From the NCBI GenBank assembly GCA_964583615.1, contig CAZOWM010000003.1, forward strand, positions 30,934 to 94,933: DNA of 64,000 nucleotides. Reading direction: 5' to 3'. Position 1 is the first letter of the stretch. Every line of letters begins with the position of its first letter. The notes below the pieces were generated by a model. That model saw only the letters and a program-made list of their open reading frames with translations, was not told the DNA's origin and did not search any database. The position numbers and the translations under genes were made by a program. This document shows positions 60,308-64,000 of the stretch, in pieces. This stretch comes from an uncultured Spirochaetota bacterium (lineage in GTDB: Bacteria > Spirochaetota > B62-G9 > DRHN01).

Positions 60308-60608
60308 CTTTACTCTTATACTTATGATATTCGTACTCGCCCTATTCGTCGGTTTCGAGATCATTACCAAGGTACCTCCCATACTTCACACTCCCCTCAT
60401 GTCCGGCTCCAACGTAATATCTGGGATCACGCTTGTGGGCGCAATTCTTTCAGCGGGCACCCAGAGGACCACCCTGACGATGATTCTCGGGTTCATGGCA
60501 GTGGTGTTTGCAACCGTCAACGCGGTGTGGGCAGTTTCGTTGCCTTTGCAAAGCTTCAGGGCATCATCACAGAGAAATCCGTGCGCTTCTGGGGAGACCA
60601 GTTCGTGA
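60300..60608 (+). pseudogene. pntA: PntAB (transhydrogenase alpha part 2) with the C-terminal ~20 aa replaced by out-of-frame sequence
   Basis: MDNFTLILMIFVLALFVGFEIITKVPPILHTPLMSGSNVISG... is a typical PntAB up to ...ATVNAV, then continues as unrelated WAVSLPLQSFRASSQRNPCASGETSS. Confidence 0.55.
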
Positions 60609-61348
60609 AGTTCTTCTTCCTCTGTGTTTCGGTCCTGCTCGGCGTGCTTCTCACCGTTCCTATCGGGGGAGCGGACATGCCCGTTGTTATCGCGCTGTTG
60701 AACTCCTATTCAGGCCTTACTGCAGCCGGAACCGGATTCGTTCTTTCCAATACGGTGCTCATCGGAGGCATCGGAAAAATAACGGAAATCACCCTTCCGG
60801 ACGACGTTTACGGAGAAAAAGTGAAAAGCACCTCGTCAGAAGAGGTGGCGATGCTTCTCAAGGCGGCCAGAAGAGTCGTATTTATTCCGGGATACGGCAT
60901 GGCGATCGCACGTGCTCACCACGCAGTACACGTGCTCTTTCAGGCACTGATCAATGATGGCATTGAGGTTGAATTCGGAATACATCCGGTTGCGGGACGT
61001 ATGCCGGGTCACATGAATGTGCTGCTCGCTGAGGAGAACATCCCCTATGACAGGCTGAAAGAAATGGATGTCATCAACTCAACCCTCGAGCAGACCGATG
61101 TTGCCATTGTGGTGGGCGCAAACGACGTGGTGAATCCTCTCGCCCGCGAGGATTCAGGAACTCCGATCTCTGGAATGCCGATCATCGAGGCAGACAAAGC
61201 GCATACAGTCGTTGTGATCAAGCGAAGCCTGAGCCACGGTTTTTCTGGAATCCCCAACCCTCTCTTTGCTGCTGAAAACACGCTCATGCTCTTCGGTGAC
61301 GGGCAGAAAATGATTCAAGAGCTCATCGACGCCTACAAGGAAGCATGA
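60527..61348 (+). pseudogene. pntB: PntB (transhydrogenase beta) missing its N-terminal ~140 aa (first transmembrane helices)
   Basis: ORF begins at a GTG inside pntAB with GSFVAFAKL (equivalent to E. coli PntB residue ~140). It then reads IGGADMPVV..., the membrane segment and a complete NADP-binding dIII (GYGMAIARAHH, HPVAGRMPGHMNVLLAE). No upstream in-frame PntB sequence exists. Confidence 0.6.
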
Positions 61349-61617
61349 TCAATGTGATGTTCGGTTACTACGAAGATCCACAACTTACCAAGAAATCATT
61401 CCGTAAAAGCTATTTCATGACAGGAGACAATGGCTCCGGAGATGCATTTTTATTTTTTCAGGTGATGAGGCCGTGTCTGCGAGAAGAATATACACACAGC
61501 AGTGCAGTCTATGAGTCAATGGTAGCGGAATTGATCGGTCGTTTCCCCTCAAAAAAGGTGGAGACGCACCGCTTCATGCTGCACACAGACGGAAAAAGCA
61601 TTGGAACAATCTTTTGA
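61345..61617 (+). pseudogene. remnant of an AMP-dependent synthetase/ligase (acyl-CoA ligase) C-terminal region
   Basis: Begins ...FGYYEDPQLTKKSFRKSYFMTGDNGSGDAFLFF, matching the GYxxxPExTxxxFxDGWFxTGDxGxxDxDGYLF block of adenylate-forming enzymes. Flanking sequence does not continue the family. Confidence 0.35.
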
Positions 61618-62111
61618 TACTCTCTGTAGCTATCACCGAATATCTTTGTGAAATAGTATTTTTCCTGTATCACGACATAAACAACATCCATTGACACAAG
61701 CACTGGGAAAATGAAAAAAAGTTTCCGTGAACCGGTAATAAGCAGCATACCAGCGATAAAAAAAGAAAGCCAGAGTACACCCGGATGGCGTACGAGCGCG
61801 TAGGTTCCCGTGGTGACAAGCACGCCGTCTGTTCCCGCCTCCATATAGGTCTTTTTGAAAGGAATTTCAAAAAAAAGGCTGTACATGAGCAGAAGAAAAA
61901 AAACGGGTGCAAGAATCCAGCCGACAATGTGCGCGAAAAAAGGCAAATGAAAATATTCAGAGGTGAAACACGATATGAAGATAGAAAAACAGATCAGCGC
62001 GTTCCCCGCCACAAATATGGCCTGCTTGAGAAACCTGACTTTTTTCAGGCTCACCTTCTCGAAAAAAAAGAGTATGCAAAAACCGAGCACAGCAAAGACT
62101 ATACAGTACAT
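61509..62111 (-). CDS. isoprenylcysteine carboxyl methyltransferase (ICMT)/phospholipid methyltransferase-family membrane protein
   Basis: 200 aa, 5 TM, and the LVRHPGVLW motif of the ICMT/PEMT family. Confidence 0.6.
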   Translation of the reverse strand: MYCIVFAVLGFCILFFFEKVSLKKVRFLKQAIFVAGNALICFSIFISCFTSEYFHLPFFAHIVGWILAPVFFLLLMYSLFFEIPFKKTYMEAGTDGVLVTTGTYALVRHPGVLWLSFFIAGMLLITGSRKLFFIFPVLVSMDVVYVVIQEKYYFTKIFGDSYREYQKIVPMLFPSVCSMKRCVSTFFEGKRPINSATIDS

Positions 62112-62264
62112 GTGTCCGCCTGTAGTGAGCCTTTTGTCTCCCCTCCCCCATTACACCAGTATACTCCTTTTTTTTATGCTATCCATCGAGACACTGGTAT
62201 TTTTTCAATACACGTTCACCGCCGAGCATCCGCCGGCTGACTCAATTATAGTAAACATCCCTCA

Positions 62265-62726
62265 CTATTCATTATTTCTGCCGCCGCCCGGAACCACCAT
62301 GAGAATGGGGATAGAAGAGTGCACAAGCACTCTGTGAGCAACACTGCCGAAGACCCATTGCTGGAATCCGGACTTTCCGTGCGTGCTCATGGTAATCAGG
62401 TCTACCTTTTCATCCTTGGCGACTTCCAGAATCTTTTCTGCCGGCTGGCCATCAACCACAAGCTTTGTTTCAACAGGTATATCGTCTTTCCTCAGTTCAG
62501 CTGCTACCTTCTCAAGGTATTGCCTCGCATCGATTTCACGTTTTTCCTCAGCCTCACGGACGCGTTCCGCGCCGATAAAATCTTTTACATCCATTATGAG
62601 TGGTTCCAATACCCTCAATAGGATCACTTTCTCGACTGTGCGCCCTTTTGCTATTGTTCTCGCATGCTCGAGTGCACTTTCAGAGAATGTTGAACCATCC
62701 AGAGGTACCAATAATTTTTTATACAT
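62265..62726 (-). CDS. uspA: universal stress protein
   Basis: 153 aa. KKLLVPLDGS...LITMSTHGKSG...GSVAHRVLVHSSIPILMV is the UspA ATP-binding fold. Confidence 0.8.
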   Translation of the reverse strand: MYKKLLVPLDGSTFSESALEHARTIAKGRTVEKVILLRVLEPLIMDVKDFIGAERVREAEEKREIDARQYLEKVAAELRKDDIPVETKLVVDGQPAEKILEVAKDEKVDLITMSTHGKSGFQQWVFGSVAHRVLVHSSIPILMVVPGGGRNNE

Positions 62727-62769
62727 CCTCAGCCTCCCAGCTTCCCGTAAGCTTACATATAAAGAGTAG

Positions 62770-64000
62770 TCATTTCCCGTAGTATAAACTGGGCAACCAC
62801 AGGGCTATTTTCGGAAACATCATGACAACGACCAACCCGATAACCATCACGATCACGAAGGGGACGATCGATCGGTAGATGTCAGACAGCGTAATCTCTT
62901 TGGGAGACATGGCCCGCATAAGAAACAGGTTATAACCGAAGGGAGGCGTCAAATACGCTATCTGACATGTTATCGTGTAGAGAACCCCGTACCAGATCGG
63001 GTCGAAACCCAGCTCGATCACCAGCGGGACATACAGCGGAGCTACAATGATGAGCATGGCCGTATCGTCCAGAAACGTGCCCATCAAAAGGTAGGACAAC
63101 TGCATCATGATGATGATTCCCCACGGACCGAACCCGTACTCGAGAAATAACCCCTTTATCGCATGTACCGCACCCAGACCGTCAAAGATGGCGCCAAAGG
63201 CGAGCGCGGCAAGAATAACCCACATAAACATGCAACTCACGCTCAGCGTATCGCGCAGTACCTCGACCATTCCCTTCCGCGTTAAACGCTTGTTGAAAAC
63301 GGCTGCTAACGTCGTTACTGTCGCACCGACCGCTGAGGCCTCGACCAGACTGGTTATCCCAAGAAAGAACAGGCCCGACATCATGAAAATAATGAACAGC
63401 GGAACTATTCCCGACCTGAGCAGCAGAAGCTTTTTTTTCAATGGGATCCGCCGCTCTTCCTTGCTCAACGCCGGCCCCAAGTGCGGCTGAATCAAGCATC
63501 GACCGAGTATATACAAGATGAACAGGCCGGCCAGCATGAGGCCTGGAAAAACACCTGCGAGCCATAACCGGCCGATCGGCTGCCTGGCTATCATCCCGTA
63601 CAGAACAAGAACGACGCTTGGCGGTATCATGATGCCGAGGGAGCTACCTGCCTGGATCACTCCGGTCAGCATTATCTTGTCGTACTTTCGCTTCAGCATT
63701 TCGGGTAACGCAAGAGTTGCCCCTATTGCCATGCCTGCTACGCTCAACCCGTTCATAGCAGCGATTATGGACATCAGGCCAATAGTTCCAATGGCCAAGC
63801 CGCCGTTGATCGGGCCCATCCATACATGAAACATGGTGTAGAGGTCATCAGCGATCCCCGACTTGGAAAACATATACCCCATATAAATGAACATCGGCAG
63901 TGTGAGGAGCGGATACCAGTTGAGCAGATTGAAGCTTGCATGAAACGCTAACCCTGCGCCGCCCTTCCCCCATAAAATGAGGGCAAATGCACTGGCTACA
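62770..64000 (-). CDS. dctM: TRAP transporter large permease DctM (5' end beyond window edge)
   Basis: The DctM-like sequence continues in frame upstream of the annotated Met to the window end (...ALILWGKGGAGLAFHASFNLLNWYPLLTLPMFIYMGY...), so the gene is truncated by the window. Confidence 0.8.
   Translation of the reverse strand, partial: VASAFALILWGKGGAGLAFHASFNLLNWYPLLTLPMFIYMGYMFSKSGIADDLYTMFHVWMGPINGGLAIGTIGLMSIIAAMNGLSVAGMAIGATLALPEMLKRKYDKIMLTGVIQAGSSLGIMIPPSVVLVLYGMIARQPIGRLWLAGVFPGLMLAGLFILYILGRCLIQPHLGPALSKEERRIPLKKKLLLLRSGIVPLFIIFMMSGLFFLGITSLVEASAVGATVTTLAAVFNKRLTRKGMVEVLRDTLSVSCMFMWVILAALAFGAIFDGLGAVHAIKGLFLEYGFGPWGIIIMMQLSYLLMGTFLDDTAMLIIVAPLYVPLVIELGFDPIWYGVLYTITCQIAYLTPPFGYNLFLMRAMSPKEITLSDIYRSIVPFVIVMVIGLVVVMMFPKIALWLPSLYYGK

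Noticed and set aside
60508-60957. 149-aa ORF in the third frame over pntAB/pntB
   Set aside because: Arg/Gly-rich nonsense translation overlapping the clearly homologous PntB frame.
1-64000. CRISPR arrays, integrases/transposases, restriction-modification or toxin-antitoxin pairs
   Set aside because: No direct-repeat arrays and no ORF with recombinase, transposase, methyltransferase-endonuclease or small paired-toxin signatures were seen. The window looks like core chromosome, not a mobile island.

Overview
The window is a 64-kb chromosomal segment, about 95% coding, with no rRNA, tRNA, CRISPR array, integrase or transposase visible. Gene content and order suggest a spirochete-like anaerobe (low-confidence inference): a flgN-flgK-flgL-fliW-csrA late-flagellar block, a eukaryote-type hexokinase, an archaeal-type phosphoglycerate mutase, and a heterodimeric ABC exporter with a large extracytoplasmic insert. 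The left third is housekeeping: tsaD-lysS, hexokinase-deoC-AAA ATPase-CDP-alcohol phosphatidyltransferase-nitroreductase, iorA and asd. A minus-strand serine/glycine/one-carbon supercluster spans 12.5-23.1 kb (serC, a glyA-gcvT fusion ORF, DUF1015, serA, gcvH, gcvPA, gcvPB). The 27.8-38 kb stretch carries an EamA transporter, a TM2-domain protein, an enoyl-CoA hydratase, a LarA-like DUF2088 protein, a rubrerythrin-like protein, a PNPOx-like protein, tkt, an HD-GYP/GAF phosphodiesterase and a GH3 hydrolase. The right half (38-64 kb) is transporter-rich: a frameshifted MFS, pepD, paired ABC exporters, an MFS, a five-gene peptide/nickel-type ABC operon, a second MFS, an iron-type ABC operon, phoU-like plus pit, the pnt locus, an ICMT-family protein, uspA, and dctM cut by the window edge.

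Three observations stand out:
- A putative nickel-handling module at 37.4-38.3 kb: a 64-aa CooT-like protein (MC-x-x-KV N-terminus) lies 4 nt upstream of a TsaA/TrmO-like protein that carries a roughly 100-aa His-rich N-terminal extension.
- An 1118-aa ORF fuses serine hydroxymethyltransferase to aminomethyltransferase. It sits in an operon containing DUF1015 but no serB.
- At least six genes between 38.5 and 61.6 kb look disrupted: poly-G frameshifts in the MFS (38582..39632) and in pit, a pntAA lacking its Rossmann core, a pntAB-pntB deletion junction, an acyl-CoA ligase remnant, and (further left) iorA with no iorB but an ATGA-coupled 51-aa EamA-like stub. This pattern indicates either ongoing reductive evolution or homopolymer-prone sequencing error.
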